Assembly (NCBI GenBank): GCA_964016885.1
Contig: OZ024743.1
Location: 61,876,001 to 61,940,000, forward strand
Source of the DNA: Eledone cirrhosa
Lineage: Eukaryota
DNA: 64,000 nucleotides
Reading direction: 5' to 3'
Shown: positions 15,541 through 32,400 of the stretch, piece after piece
Numbering within the stretch: the first letter of the stretch is position 1
Layout of the letters: each line of letters opens with the position of its first letter
The notes under the pieces: generated by a model
Told to the model about the DNA's origin: nothing
Database searches by the model: none
Seen by the model: only the letters and a program-made list of their open reading frames with translations
Program-made: the position numbers and the translations under genes

Positions 15541-17789
15541 CACCACGTCTAGTATATATAGACACCACATCTAGTATATATAGACACCACGTCTAGTCAT
15601 ATATAGACACCACGTCTAGTATATATAGACACCACGTCTAGTCATATATAGACACCACGTCTAGTATATATAGAGACAACGTCTAGTATATATAGACACC
15701 ACATCTAGTATATATAGACACCGCGTCTAGTATATATAGACACCACGTCTAGTATATATAGACACCACATCTAGTCATATATAGGCACCACATCTAGTAT
15801 ATATAGACACCACGTCTAGTCATATATAGACACCACGTCTAGTCATATATAGGCACCACATCTAGTATATATAGACACCACATCTAGTCATATATAGACA
15901 CCACGTCTAGTTATATATAGACACCACGTCTAGTTATATATAGACACCACATCTTGTATATATAGACACCACGTCTAGTATATATAGACACCACGTCTAG
16001 TATATATAGACACCACATCTAGTATACATAGATACCACATCTAGTTATATATAAACACCACGTCTAGTATATATAGACACCACGTCTAGTATATATAGAC
16101 ACCACATCTAGTATATATAGACACCACATCTAGAAATATATAGACACCACGTCTAGTATATATAGACACCACTTCTAGTATATATATAGACACCACGTCT
16201 AGTATATATAGACACCATGTCTAGTCATATATAGACACCACGTCTAGTATATATAGACACGTCTTCTAGTTATATATAGACACCACATCTACTATATAAA
16301 GACACCACATCTAGTATATATAGACACCACGTCTAGTTTATATAGACACCACGTCTAGTTATATATAGACACCACATCTAGTATATATAGACACCACATC
16401 TAGTATATATAGACACCACGTCTAGTCATATATAGACACCATATCTAGTATATATAGACACCACGTCTAGTATATATAAACAGCACATCTAGTCATATAT
16501 AGACACCACATCTAGTATATATAGACACCACGTCTAGTATATATAGACACCACATCGTGTATATATAGACACCACATCTAGTATATATATAGACACCACG
16601 TCTAGTACATATAGACACCACGTCTAGTATCTATAGACACCACATCTAGTTATACATAGACACCACGTCTAGTATATATAGACACCACATCTAGTTATAC
16701 ATAGACACCACGTCTAGTATATATAGACACCATATCTAGTATATATAGACACCACGTCTAGTATATATAGACACCACATCTAGTCATATATAGTCACCAA
16801 GTTTAGTATATATAGACACCACGTCTAGTTATACATAGACACCACGTCTAGTATATATAGACACCACGTCTAGTATATATATAGTCACCATGTCTAGTCA
16901 TATATAGACACCACGTCTAGTATATATAGACACCATATCTAGTATATATAGTCACCACATCTAGTATATATAGACACCACATCTAGTATATATAGACACC
17001 ACATCTAGTATATATAGACACCACGTCGAGTACATATAGACACCACATCTAGTATATATAGACACCACATCTAGTATATATAGGCACCACATCTAGTATA
17101 TATATAGGCACCACATCTAGTATATATAGACACCACGTCTAGTATATATAGACACTACGTCTAGTATATATAGACACCACGTCTAGTCATATATAGACAC
17201 CACGTCAAGTTAAATATAGACACGACATCTAGTGATAGATAGACACCACGTCTAGTATATATAGACACCACGTCTAGTCATATATAGACACCACGTCTAG
17301 TATATATAGACACCACGTCTAGTATATATAGACACCACATCTAGTCATATATAGACACCATGTCTAGTATATATAGACACCACATCTAGTATTTATAGAC
17401 ACCACGTCTAGTATATATAGACATCAAATCTAGTATATATAGTCACCACATCTAGTATATATAGACACCACGTCTAGTCATATATAGACACCACGTCTAG
17501 TATATATAGACACCACGTCTAGTATTTATAGACACCACGTCTAGTATATATAGACATCACGTCTAGTATATATAGTCACCACATCTAGTATATATAGACA
17601 CCACATCTAGTATATATAGACACCACGTCTAGTATATATAGACACCACATCTAGTATATATAGACACCACATCTAGTATATATATAGGCACCACGTCTAG
17701 TATATATAGACACCACGTCTATTATATATAGACACCACGTCTAGTCATATATAGACACCACGTCAAGTTATATATAGACACCACATCTA

Positions 17790-20120
17790 GTGATAGATAG
17801 ACACCACGTCTAGTATATATAGACACCACGTCTAGTAATATATAGACACCACGTCTAGTATATATAGACACCACGTCTAGTATATATAGACACCACATCT
17901 AGTCATATATAGACACCACGTCTAGTATATATAGACACCACATCTAGTATATATAGACACCACGTCTAGTATATATAGACACCACATCTAGTATATATAG
18001 ACACCACATCTAGTATATATAGACACCACGTCTAGTCATATATAGACACCACGTCTAGTATATATAGACACCACGTCTAGTCATATATAGACACCACGTC
18101 TAGTATATATAGAGACAACGTCTAGTATATATAGACACCACATCTAGTATATATAGACACCGCGTCTAGTATATATAGACACCACGTCTAGTATATATAG
18201 ACACCACATCTAGTCATATATAGGCACCACATCTAGTATATATAGACACCACGTCTAGTCATATATAGACACCACGTCTAGTCATATATAGGCACCACAT
18301 CTAGTATATATAGACACCACATCTAGTCATATATAGACACCACGTCTAGTTATATATAGACACCACATCTTGTATATATAGACACCACGTCTAGTATATA
18401 TAGACACCACATCTAGTCATATATAGACACCACATCTAGTCATATATAGACACCACGTCTAGTATATATAGACACCACGTCTAGTATATATAGACACCAC
18501 GTCTAGTCATATATAGACACCACGTCTAGTATATATATAGACACCACATCTAGTATATATAGACACCACATCTAGTCATATATAGGCACCACGTCTAGTT
18601 ATATATAGACACCACATCTAGTTATATAGACACCACATCTAGTTATATATAGGCACCACGTCTTGTTATAAATAGACACCACATCTAGTCATATATAGGC
18701 ACCACGTCTAGTATATATAGACACCACGTCTAGTATATATAGACACCACGTCTAGTATATATAGACACCACGTCTAGTATATATAGACACCACATCTAGT
18801 ATACATAGATACCACATCTAGTTATATATAAACACCACGTCTAGTATATATAGACACCACGTCTAGTATATATAGACACCACATCTAGTATATATAGACA
18901 CCACATCTAGAAATATATAGACACCACGTCTAGTATATATAGACACCACTTCTAGTGATAGATCGACACCACGTCTCGTATATATAGACACCACGTCTAG
19001 TCATATATAGACACCACGTCTAGTATATATAGACACCACGTCTAGTATATATAGACACCACATCTAGTCATATATAGACACCACGTCTAGTATATATAGA
19101 CACCACGTCTAGTATATATAGACACCACGTCTAGTATATATAGACACCACATCTAGTATATATAGACACCACATCTAGTATATATAGACACCACGTCTAG
19201 TCATATATAGACACCACGTCTAGTATATATAGACACCACGTCTAGTCATATATAGACACCACGTCTAGTATATATAGAGACAACGTCTAGTATATATAGA
19301 CACCACATCTAGTATATATAGACACCGCGTCTAGTATATATAGACACCACGTCTAGTATATATAGACACCACATCTAGTCATATATAGGCACCACATCTA
19401 GTATATATAGACACCACGTCTAGTCATATATAGACACCACGTCTAGTCATATATAGGCACCACATCTAGTATATATAGACACCACATCTAGTCATATATA
19501 GACACCACGTCTAGTTATATATAGACACCACATCTTGTATATATAGACACCACGTCTAGTATATATAGACACCACATCTAGTCATATATAGACACCACAT
19601 CTAGTCATATATAGACACCACGTCTAGTATATATAGACACCACGTCTAGTATATATAGACACCACGTCTAGTCATATATAGACACCACGTCTAGTATATA
19701 TATAGACACCACATCTAGTATATATAGACACCACATCTAGTCATATATAGGCACCACGTCTAGTTATATATAGACACCACATCTAGTTATATAGACACCA
19801 CATCTAGTTATATATAGGCACCACGTCTTGTTATAAATAGACACCACATCTAGTCATATATAGGCACCACGTCTATTATATATAGACACCACGTCTAGTA
19901 TATATAGACACCACGTCTAGTATATATAGACACCACGTCTAGTATATATAGACACCACATCTAGTATACATAGATACCACATCTAGTTATATATAAACAC
20001 CACGTCTAGTATATATAGACACCACGTCTAGTATATATAGACACCACATCTAGTATATATAGACACCACATCTAGAAATATATAGACACCACGTCTAGTA
20101 TATATAGACACCACTTCTAG
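17790..20120 (+). repeat. 1165-bp tandem block duplication with chimeric junction near 18950
   Basis: gagacaacg 18112/19277, cttgttataaatag 18662/19827 and ctagaaata 18907/20072 all have offset 1165. The junction joins caccacttctag to tgatagat. Confidence 0.87.
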
Positions 20121-23100
20121 TATATATATAGACACCACGTCTAGTATATATAGACACCATGTCTAGTCATATATAGACACCACGTCTAGTATATATAGAC
20201 ACGTCTTCTAGTTATATATAGACACCACATCTACTATATAAAGACACCACATCTAGTATATATAGACACCACGTCTAGTTTATATAGACACCACGTCTAG
20301 TTATATATAGACACCACATCTAGTATATATAGACACCACATCTAGTATATATAGACATCACGTCTAGTCATATATAGACACCATATCTAGTATATATAGA
20401 CACCACGTCTAGTATATATAAACAGCACATCTAGTCATATATAGACACCACATCTAGTATATATAGACACCACGTCTAGTATATATAGACACCACATCGT
20501 GTATATATAGACACCACATCTAGTATATATATAGACACCACGTCTAGTACATATAGACACCACGTCTAGTATATATAGACACCACATCTAGTTATACATA
20601 GACACCACGTCTAGTATATATAGACACCACATCTAGTTATACATAGACACCACGTCTAGTATATATAGACACCATATCTAGTATATATAGACACCACGTC
20701 TAGTATATATAGACACCACATCTAGTCATATATAGTCACCAAGTTTAGTATATATAGACACCACGTCTAGTTATACATAGACACCACGTCTAGTATATAT
20801 AGACACCACGTCTAGTATATATATAGTCACCATGTCTAGTCATATATAGACACCACGTCTAGTATATATAGACACCATATCTAGTATATATAGACACCAC
20901 GTCTAGTATATATAAACAGCACATCTAGTCATATATAGACACCACATCTAGTATATATAGACACCACGTCTAGTATATATAGACACCACATCGTGTATAT
21001 ATAGTCACCACATCTAGTATATATATAGACACCACGTCTAGTACATATAGACACCACGTCTAGTATATATAGACACCACATCTAGTATATATAGACACCA
21101 AGTCTAGTATATATAGACACCACGTCTAGTTATACATAGACACCACGTCTAGTATATATAGACACCACGTCTAGTATATATAGACACCACATCTAGTATA
21201 TATAGACACCACATCTAGTATATATATAGACACCACGTCTAGTATATATATAGTCACCACGTCTAGTCATATATAGACACCACATCTAGTCATATATCGA
21301 CACCACATCTAGTATATATATAGACACCACGTCTAGTATATATATAGTCACCATGTCTAGTCATATATAGACACCACGTCTAGTATATATAGACTCCATA
21401 TCTAGTTATATATAGACACCATGTCTAGTATATATAGACACCACATCTAGTATATATAGATATCACATCTAGTCATATATAGACACCACATCTAGTCATA
21501 TATAAACACCACGTCTAGTATATATATAGACACCACATCTAGTATATATAGACACCACATCTAGTATATATAGACACCACATCTAGTCATATATAGGCAC
21601 CACGTCTAGTTATATATAGACACCACATCTAGTTATATATAGGCACCACGTCTAGTTATATATAGACACCACATCTAGTCATATATAGGCACCACGTCTA
21701 GTATATATAGACACCATGTCTAGTTATATATAGACACCACGTCTAGTTATGTATAGACACCACTTCTAGTTATGTATAGACACGACGCCTAGTAATATAT
21801 AGACACCACGTCTAGTTATATATAGACACCACATCTAGTAACATATAGGCACCAGGTCTAGTTATATATAGACACCACATCTAGTCATATATAGGCACCA
21901 GGTCTAGTTATATATAGACACCACATCTAGTCATATATAGACACCACATCTAGTCATATATAGACACCACGTCTAGTATATATAGACACCACATCTAGTC
22001 ATATATAGACACCACGTCTAGTATATATAGACACCACGTCTAGTATATATAGACACCACGTCTAGTATATATAGACACCACATGTAGTTTATATAGACAC
22101 CAAATCTAGTATATATAGACACAACGTCTAGTATATATAGACACCCCATCTAGTCATATATAGACACCACATCTAGTCATATATAGACACCACGTCTAGT
22201 ATATATAGACACCACATCTAATCATATATAGACACCACGTCTAGTATATATAGACACCACGGCTAGTTTATATAGACACCACATCTAATCATATATAGAC
22301 ACCACATCTAGTCATATATAGACACCATGTCTAGTATATATAGACATCAAATCTAGTATATATAGTCACCACATCTAGTATATATAGACACCACATCTAG
22401 TTATATATAGACACCACATCCATTCATATATAGGCACCACATCTAGTTATATATAGGCACCAGGTCTAGTATATATAGACACCTTATCTAGTATATATAG
22501 ACACCACATCTAGTATATATAGACACCACGTCTAGTATATATAGACACCACATCTAGTATTTATAGACACCACGTCTAGTATATATAGATATCACGTCTA
22601 GTACATATAGTCACCACATCTAGTATATATAGACACCACATCTAGTATATATAGACACCACATCTAGTATATATAGACACCACATCTAGTATATATAGGC
22701 ACCACATCTAGTATATATATAGGCACCACATCTAGTATATATAGACACCACGTCTAGTATATATAGACACTACGTCTAGTATATATAGACACCACGTCTA
22801 GTCATATATAGACACCACGTCAAGTTATATATAGACACCACATCTAGTGATAGATAGACACCACGTCTAGTATATATAGACACCACGTCTAGTATATATT
22901 GACACCACGTCTAGTCATATATAGGCACCACGTCTAGTATATATAGACACCACGTCTAGTATATATAGACACCACATCTAGTATATATAGACACCACGTC
23001 TAGTCATATATAGACACCACGTCTAGTCATATATAGACACCACGTCTAGTATATATAGAGACAATGTCTAGTATATATAGACACCACATCTAGTATATAT

Positions 23101-26100
23101 AGACAACACGTCTAGTATATATAGACACCACGTCTCGTATATATAGACACAACATCTAGTCATATATAGGCACCACATCTAGTATATATAGACACCACGT
23201 CCAGTCATATATAGACACCACGTCTAGTCATATATAGGCACCACATCTAGTCATATATAGACACCACATCTAGTCATATATAGACACCACGTCTAGTTAT
23301 ATATAGACACCACATCTAGTATATATAGACACCACGTCTAGTATATATAGACACCACATCTAGTCATATATAGACACCACGTCTAGTATATATAGACACC
23401 ACGTCTAGTATATATAGACACCACGTCTAGTATATATAGACACCACATCTAGTCATATATAGGCACCACATCTAGTATATATAGACACCACGTCTAGTCA
23501 TATATAGACACCACGTCTAGTATATATATAGACACCACGTCTAGTATATATAGACACCACTTCTAGTCATATATAGGCACCACGTCTAGTTATATATAGA
23601 CACCACATCTAGTTATATAGACAGCACATCTAGTTATATATAGGCACCACGTCTTGTTATATATAGACACCACATCTAGTCATATATAGGCACCACGTCT
23701 AGTCATATATAGACACCACGTCTAGTATATATAGACACCACGTCTAGTTATATAAAGACACCACGTCTAGTTATGTATAGACACCACTTCTAGTTATCTA
23801 TAGACACCACGTCTAGTTATATATAGACACCACGTCTAGTATATATAGACACCACGTCTAGTATATATAGACACCACATCTAGTCATATATAGACACCAC
23901 GTCAAGTATATATAGACACCACGTCTAGTATATATAGACACCACGTCTAGTATATATAGACACCACGTCTAGTATATATAGACACCACGTCTAGTATATA
24001 TAGACACCACATCTAGTATATATAGATACCACATCTAGTTATATATAAACACCACGTCTAGTATATATAGACGCCACATCTAGTTATATATAGACACCAG
24101 GTCTAGTATATATAGACACCACATCTAGTATATATAGAGACCACATCTAGTATATATAGACACCACGTCTAGTATATATAGACACCACGTCTAGTATATA
24201 TATAGACACCACGTCTACTATATATAGACACCACGTCTAGTATATATAGACACCACGTCTCGTATATATATAGACACCACGTCTAGTATATATAGATACG
24301 ACATCTAGTTATATATAGACACCACATCTAGTATATATAGACACCACGTCTAGTTTATATAGACACCACGTCTAGTTATATATAGACACAACGTTTAATA
24401 TCTATAGACACCACGTCTAGTCATATATAGACACCACATCTAGTATATATATAGACACCACATCTAGTATATATAGACACCACGTCTAGTCATATATAGA
24501 CACCACATCTAGTATATATATAGACACCACATCTAGTCATATATAGACACCATATCTAGTTATATATAGACACCACATCTAGTATATATGAACAGCACAT
24601 CTAGTCATATATAGACACCACATCTAGTATATATAGACACCACGTCTAGTATATATAGACACCACATCGTGTATATATAGTCACCACATCTAGTATATAT
24701 ATTGACACCACGTCTAGTATATATAGACACCACGTCTAGTATATATAGACACCACATCTAGTATATATAGACACCAAGTCTAGTATATATAGACACCACG
24801 TCTAGTTATATATAGACACCACGTCTAGTATATATAGACACCACATCTAGTATATATAGACACCACATCTAGTATATATAATCACCACATCTAGTCATAT
24901 ATCGACACCACATCTAGTATATATAGACACTACGTCTAGTATATATATAGTCACCACGTCTAGTCATATATAGACACCACGTCTAGTTATATATAGACAC
25001 CACGTCTAGTTATATATAGACACCACGTCTAGTTATATATAGACACCACATCTAGTCATATATAGGCACCAGGTCTAGTTATATATAGACACCACATCTA
25101 GTCATATATAGACACCACATCTAGTCATATATAGACACCACGTCTAGTAGATTTTGACACCACGTCTAGTATATATATTCACCATATCTAGTTATATATA
25201 GGCACCAGGTCTAGTATATATAGACACCACATGTAGTTTATATAGACACCAAATCTAGTATATATAGACACAACGTCTAGTATATATAGACACCACATCT
25301 AGTCATATATAGACACCACGTCTAGTATATATAGACACCACATCTCGTCATATATAGACACCAGGTCTAGTATATATAGACACCACATCTAGTATATATA
25401 GACAACACGTCTAGTATATATAGACACCACATCTAGTATATATAGACACCTCATCTAGTATATATAGGCACCACATCTAGTATATATATAGGCACCACAT
25501 CTAGTATATATAGACACCACGTCTAGTATATATAGACACCACATCTTGTATATATAGACACCACGTCTAGTCATATATAGACATCACGTCAAGTTATATA
25601 TAGACACTACAGCTAGTCATAGATAGACACCACATCTAGTATATATAGACACCACATCTAGTATATATAGACACCACATCTAGTATATATAGACACCACG
25701 TCTAGTATATATAGACACCACGTCTAGTATATATATAGACACCACGTCTAGTATATATAGATACCGCGTCTAGTATATATAGCCACCACATCTAGTATAT
25801 ATAGACACCACGTCTAGTATATATAGACACCACATCTAGTATATATAGACACCACGTCCAGTCATATATAGACACCACGTCTAGTCATATATAGGCACCA
25901 CATCTAGTATATATAGACACCACATCTAGTCATATATAGACACCACATCTAGTCATATATAGACACCACGTCTAGTTATATATAGACACCACGTCTAGTA
26001 TATATAGACACCACATCTAGTCATATATAGACACCACGTCTAGTATATATAGACACCACGTCTAGTATATATAGACACCACGTCTAGTATATATAGACAC

Positions 26101-26879
26101 CACGTCTAGTATATATAGACACCACATCTAGTCATATATAGGCACCACATCTAGTATATATAGACACCACGTCTAGTCATATATAGACACCACGTCTAGT
26201 ATATATATAGAGACCACATCTAGTATATATAGACACCACTTCTAGTCATATATAGGCACCACGTCTAGTTATATATAGACACCACATCTAGTTATATAGA
26301 CACCACATCTAGTTATATATAGGCACCACGTCTTGTTATATATAGACACCACATCTAGTCATATATAGGCACCACGTCTAGTATATATAGACACCACGTC
26401 TAGTTATATAAAGACACCACGTCTAGTTATGTATAGACACCACTTCTAGTTATATATAGACACCACGTCTAGTTATATATAGACACCACATCTAGTCACA
26501 TATAGGCACCAGGTCTAGTTATATATAGACACCACATCTAGTCATATATAGGCACCAGGTCTAGTTATATATAGGCACCAGGTCTAGTTATATATAGACA
26601 CCACATCTAGTCATATATAGACACCACATCTAGTAATATATAGACACCACGTCTAGTATATTTTGACACCACGTCTAGTATATATATACACCACATCTAG
26701 TCATATATAGACACCACGTCTAGTATATATAGACACCACATGTAGTTTATATAGACACCAAATCTAGTTACATATAGACACCACATCTAGTATATATATA
26801 GACACCACGTCTAGTCATATATAGACACCACGTCTTGTATATATAGTCACCACATCTAGTATATATAGACACCACATCT

Positions 26880-28975
26880 AGTATATATAGACACCACATC
26901 TAGTATATATAGACACCACGTCTAGTATATATAGACACCACATCTAGTATATATAGACACCACATCTAGTATATATAAGCACCACATCTAGTATATATAT
27001 AGGCACCACATCTAGTATATTTAGACACCACGTCTAGTATATATAGACACCACGTCTAGTCATATATAGACACCACGTCAAGTTATATATAGACACCACA
27101 TCTAGTGATAGATAGACACCACGTCTAGTATATATAGACACCACGTCTAGTCATATATAGACACCACGTCTAGTATATATAGAAACCACGTCTAGTATAT
27201 ATAGAAACCACGTCTAGTCATATATGGACACCACGTCTAGTATATATAGACACCACATCTAGTCATATATAGACACCACATCTAGTCATATATAGACAAC
27301 ACGTCTAGTATTTATAGACACCACGTCTAGTCATATATAGACACCACGTCTAGTATATATAGAGACAACGTCTAGTATATATAGACACCACATCTAGTAT
27401 ATATAGACACCACGTCTAGTATATATAGACACCACGTCTAGTATATATAGACACCACATCTAGTCATATATAGGCACCACATCTAGTATATATAGACACC
27501 ACGTCTAGTCATATATAGGCACCACGTCTAGTCATATATAGGCACCACATCTAGTATATATAGACACCACATCTAGTCATATATAGACACCACGTCTAGT
27601 ATATATATAGTCACCACGTCTAGTCATATATAGACACCACGTCTAGTATATATAGACACCACATCTAGTCATATATAGACACCACGTCTAGTATATATAG
27701 ACACCACGTCTAGTATATATAGACACCACGTCTAGTATATATAGACACCACATCTAGTCATATATCGACACCACATCTAGTATATATAGACACCACGTTT
27801 AGTATATATATAGTCACCACGTCTAGTCATATATAGACACCACGTCTAGTATATATAGACACCACATCTAGTTATATATAGACACCACGTCAAGTATATA
27901 TAGACACCACATCTAGTATATATAGACACCATATCTAGTTATATATAGACACCACATCTAGTTATATATAGACACCACGTCAAGTATATATAGACACCAC
28001 ATCTAGTATATATAGACATCACATCTAGTCATATATAGACACCCCATCTAGTCATATATAGACACCACGTCTAGTATATATATAGACACCACATCTAGTA
28101 TATATAGACACCACGTCTAGTATATATAGACACCACATCTAGTATATATAGACACCACATCTAGTATATATAAGCACCACATCTAGTATATATATAGGCA
28201 CCACATCTAGTATATTTAGACACCACGTCTAGTATATATAGACACCACATCTAGTATATATAGACACCACGTCTAGTCATATATAGACACCACGTCAAGT
28301 TATATATAGACACCACATCTAGTGATAGATAGACAACACGTCTAGTATATATAGACACCACGTCTAGTCATATATAGACACCACGTCTAGTATATATAGA
28401 AACCATGTCTAGTCATATATAGACACCACGTCTAGTATATATAGACACCACATCTAGTCATATATAGACACCACATCTAGTCATATATAGACACCACGTC
28501 TAGTATTTATAGACACCACGTCTAGTCATATATAGACACCACGTCTAGTATATATAGAGACAACGTCTAGTATATATAGACACCACATCTACTATATATA
28601 GACACCACGTCTAGTATATATAGACACCACGTCTAGTATATATAGACACCACATCTAGTCATATATAGGCACCACATCTAGTATATATAGACACCACGTC
28701 TAGTCATATATAGACACCACGTCTAGTCATATATAGGCACCACATCTAGTATATATAGACACCACATCTAGTCATATATAGACACCACGTCTAGTATATA
28801 TATAGTCACCACGTCTAGTCATATATAGACACCACGTCTAGTATATATAGACACCACATCTAGTCATATATAGACACCACGTCTAGTATATATAGACACC
28901 ACGTCTAGTATATATAGACACCAAGTCTAGTATATATAGACACCACATCTAGTCATATATCGACACCACATCTAG
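26880..28975 (+). repeat. About 1195-bp tandem block duplication (also present in copy B at about 43250-45600)
   Basis: taagcacc 26976/28171 and gagacaac 27362/28557 (offset 1195); tatatttagac and gaaacca variants occur in both units. Confidence 0.8.
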
Positions 28976-29409
28976 TATATATATAGGCACCACATCTAGT
29001 AAATATAGACACCACGTCTAGTATATATAGACACCACGTCTAGTATATATAGACACCACGTCTAGTCATATATAGACACCACGTCAAGTTATATATAGAC
29101 ACGACATCTAGTGATAGATAGACACCACGTCTAGTATATATAGACACCACGTCTAGTCATATATAGACACCACGTCTAGTATATATAGACACCACGTCTA
29201 GTATATATAGACACCACATCTAGTCATATATAGACACCATGTCTAGTATATATAGACACCACATCTAGTATTTATAGACACCACGTCTAGTATATATAGA
29301 CATCAAATCTCGTATATATAGTCACCACATCTAGTATATATAGACACCACATCTATTTATATATAGACACCACATCTAGTATATATAGACACCACGTCTA
29401 GTCATATAT

Positions 29410-32400
29410 AGACACCACGTCTAGTCATATATAGACACAACGTCTAGTATATATAGACACCACATCTAGTCATATATAGACACCACGTCTAGTATATATA
29501 GACACCACGTCTAGTATATATAGACACCACATCTAGTATATATAGACACCACGTCTCGTCATATATAGACACCACGTCTAGTATATATAGACACCACATC
29601 TAGTATATATAGACACCACGTCTAGTATATATAGACACCACATCTAGTCATATATAGGCACCAAGTCTAGTCATATATAGGCACCACATCTAGTAAATAT
29701 AGATACCACATCTAGTATATATAGACACCACATCTAGTTATATATAGACACCACATCTAGTATATATAGACACCACGTCTAGTCATATATAGACACCACG
29801 TCTAGTCATATATAGGCACCACATCTAGTATATATAGACACCACATCTAGTCATATATAGACACCACGTCTAGTATATATAGACACCACATCTAGTATAT
29901 ATAGACACCACGTCTAGTATATATAGACACCACATCTAGTCATATATAGACACCACGTCTAGTATATATAGACACCATGTCTAGTCATATATAGACACCA
30001 CGTCTAGTATATATAGACACGACATCTAGTTATATATAGACACCACATCTAGTATATAAAGACACCACATCTAGTATATATAGACACCACGTCTAGTTTA
30101 TATAGACACCACGTCCAGTTATATATAGACACCACATCTAGTATATATAGACACAACGTCTAGTCATATATAGACACCATATCTAGTATATATAGACACC
30201 ACGTCTAGTATATATAAACAGCACATCTAGTCATATATAGACATCACATCTAGTATATATAGACACCACGTCTAGTATATATATAGACACCACATCGTGT
30301 ATATATAGTCATCACATCTAGTATATATATAGACACCACGTCTAGTACATATAGACACCACGTCTAGTATATATAGACACCACATCTAGTTATACATAGA
30401 CACCACGTCTAGTATATATAGACACCACATCTAGTTATACATAGACACCACGTCTAGTATATATAGACACCATATCTAGTATATATAGACACCACGTCTA
30501 GTATATATAGACACCACATCTAGTCATATATAGACACCAAGTTTAGTACATATAGACACCACGTCTAGTTATACATAGACACAACGTCTAGTATATATAT
30601 AGTCACCATGTCTAGTCATATATAGACACCACGTCTAGTATATATAGACACCACGTCTAGTCATATATAGACACCACGTCTAGTATATATAGACACCACG
30701 TCTAGTATATATAGACACCACATCTAGTCATATATAGACACCATGTCTACTATATATAGACACCACATCTAGTATTTATAGACACCACGTCTAGTATATA
30801 TAGACATCAAATCTAGTATATATAGTCACCACATCTAGTATATATAGACACCACATCTATTTATATATAGACACCACATCTAGTATATATAGACACCACG
30901 TCTAGTCATATATAGACACCACGTCTAGTATATATAGACAACACATCTAGTATTTATAGACACCACGTCCAGTATATATAGACATCACGTCTAGTATATA
31001 TAGACACCACATCTAGTATATATAGACACCACATCTAGTATATATAGGCACCACGTCTAGTATATAAAGACACCACATCTAGTATATATAGACACCACAT
31101 CTAGTATATATAGGCACCACATCTAGTATATATATAGGCACCACGTCTAGTATATATAGACACCACGTCTATTACATATAGACACCACGTCTAGTCATAT
31201 ATAGACACCACGTCAAGTTATATATAGACACCACATCTAGTGATAGATAGACACCACGTCTAGTATATATAGACACCATGTCTAGTATATATAGACACCA
31301 CATCTAGTCATATATAGACACCACGTCTAGTATATAAAGACACCACGTCTAGTATATATAGACACCACGTCTAGTATATATAGACACCACGTCTAGTATA
31401 TATAGACACCACGTCTAGTATATATAGACACCACGTCTAGTATATATATACACCACATCTAGTCATATATAGGCACCAGGTCTAGTATATATAGACACCA
31501 CATGTAGTTTATATAGACACCAAATCTAGTATATATAGACACAACGTCTAGTATATATAGACACCACATCTAGTCATATATAGACACCACATCTAGTCAT
31601 ATATAGACACCACGTCTAGTATATATAGACACCACATCTAATCATATATAGACACCACGTCTAGTATATATAGACACCACGGCTAGTTTATATAGACACC
31701 ACATCTAGTCATATATAGACACCATGTCTAGTATATATAGACACCACATCTAGTATTTATAGACACCACGTCTAGTATATATAGACATCAAATCTAGTAT
31801 ATATAGTCACCACATCTAGTATATATAGACACCACATCTAGTATATATAGACACCACATCTAGTATATATAGACACCACGTCTAGTACATATAGACACCA
31901 CATCTAGTATATATAGACACCACATCTAGTATATATAGGCACCACATCTAGTATATATATAGGCACCACATCTAGTATATATAGACACCACGTCTAGTAT
32001 ATATAGACACTACGTCTAGTATATATAGACACCACGTCTAGTCATATATAGACACCACGTCAAGTTAAATATAGACACGACATCTAGTGATAGATAGACA
32101 CCACGTCTAGTATATATAGACACCACGTCTAGTCATATATAGACACCACGTCTAGTATATATAGACACCACGTCTAGTATATATAGACACCACATCTAGT
32201 CATATATAGACACCATGTCTAGTATATATAGACACCACATCTAGTATTTATAGACACCACGTCTAGTATATATAGACATCAAATCTAGTATATATAGTCA
32301 CCACATCTAGTATATATAGACACCACGTCTAGTCATATATAGACACCACGTCTAGTATATATAGACACCACGTCTAGTATTTATAGACACCACGTCTAGT

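Larger units (their letters stand above)
9030..28975 (+). repeat. Copy A of a 16-20 kb segmental duplication within the array
   Basis: Collinear rare variants with copy B: gtctcgtc 9173/29553, gtcatcacat 9951/30309, gtcttctag 16261/33916 and 20203/36620, gacgcctagtaata about 21784/38201, gtagattttgac 25147/41474, cgac of tatatcgac 28961/45288. Confidence 0.88.
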
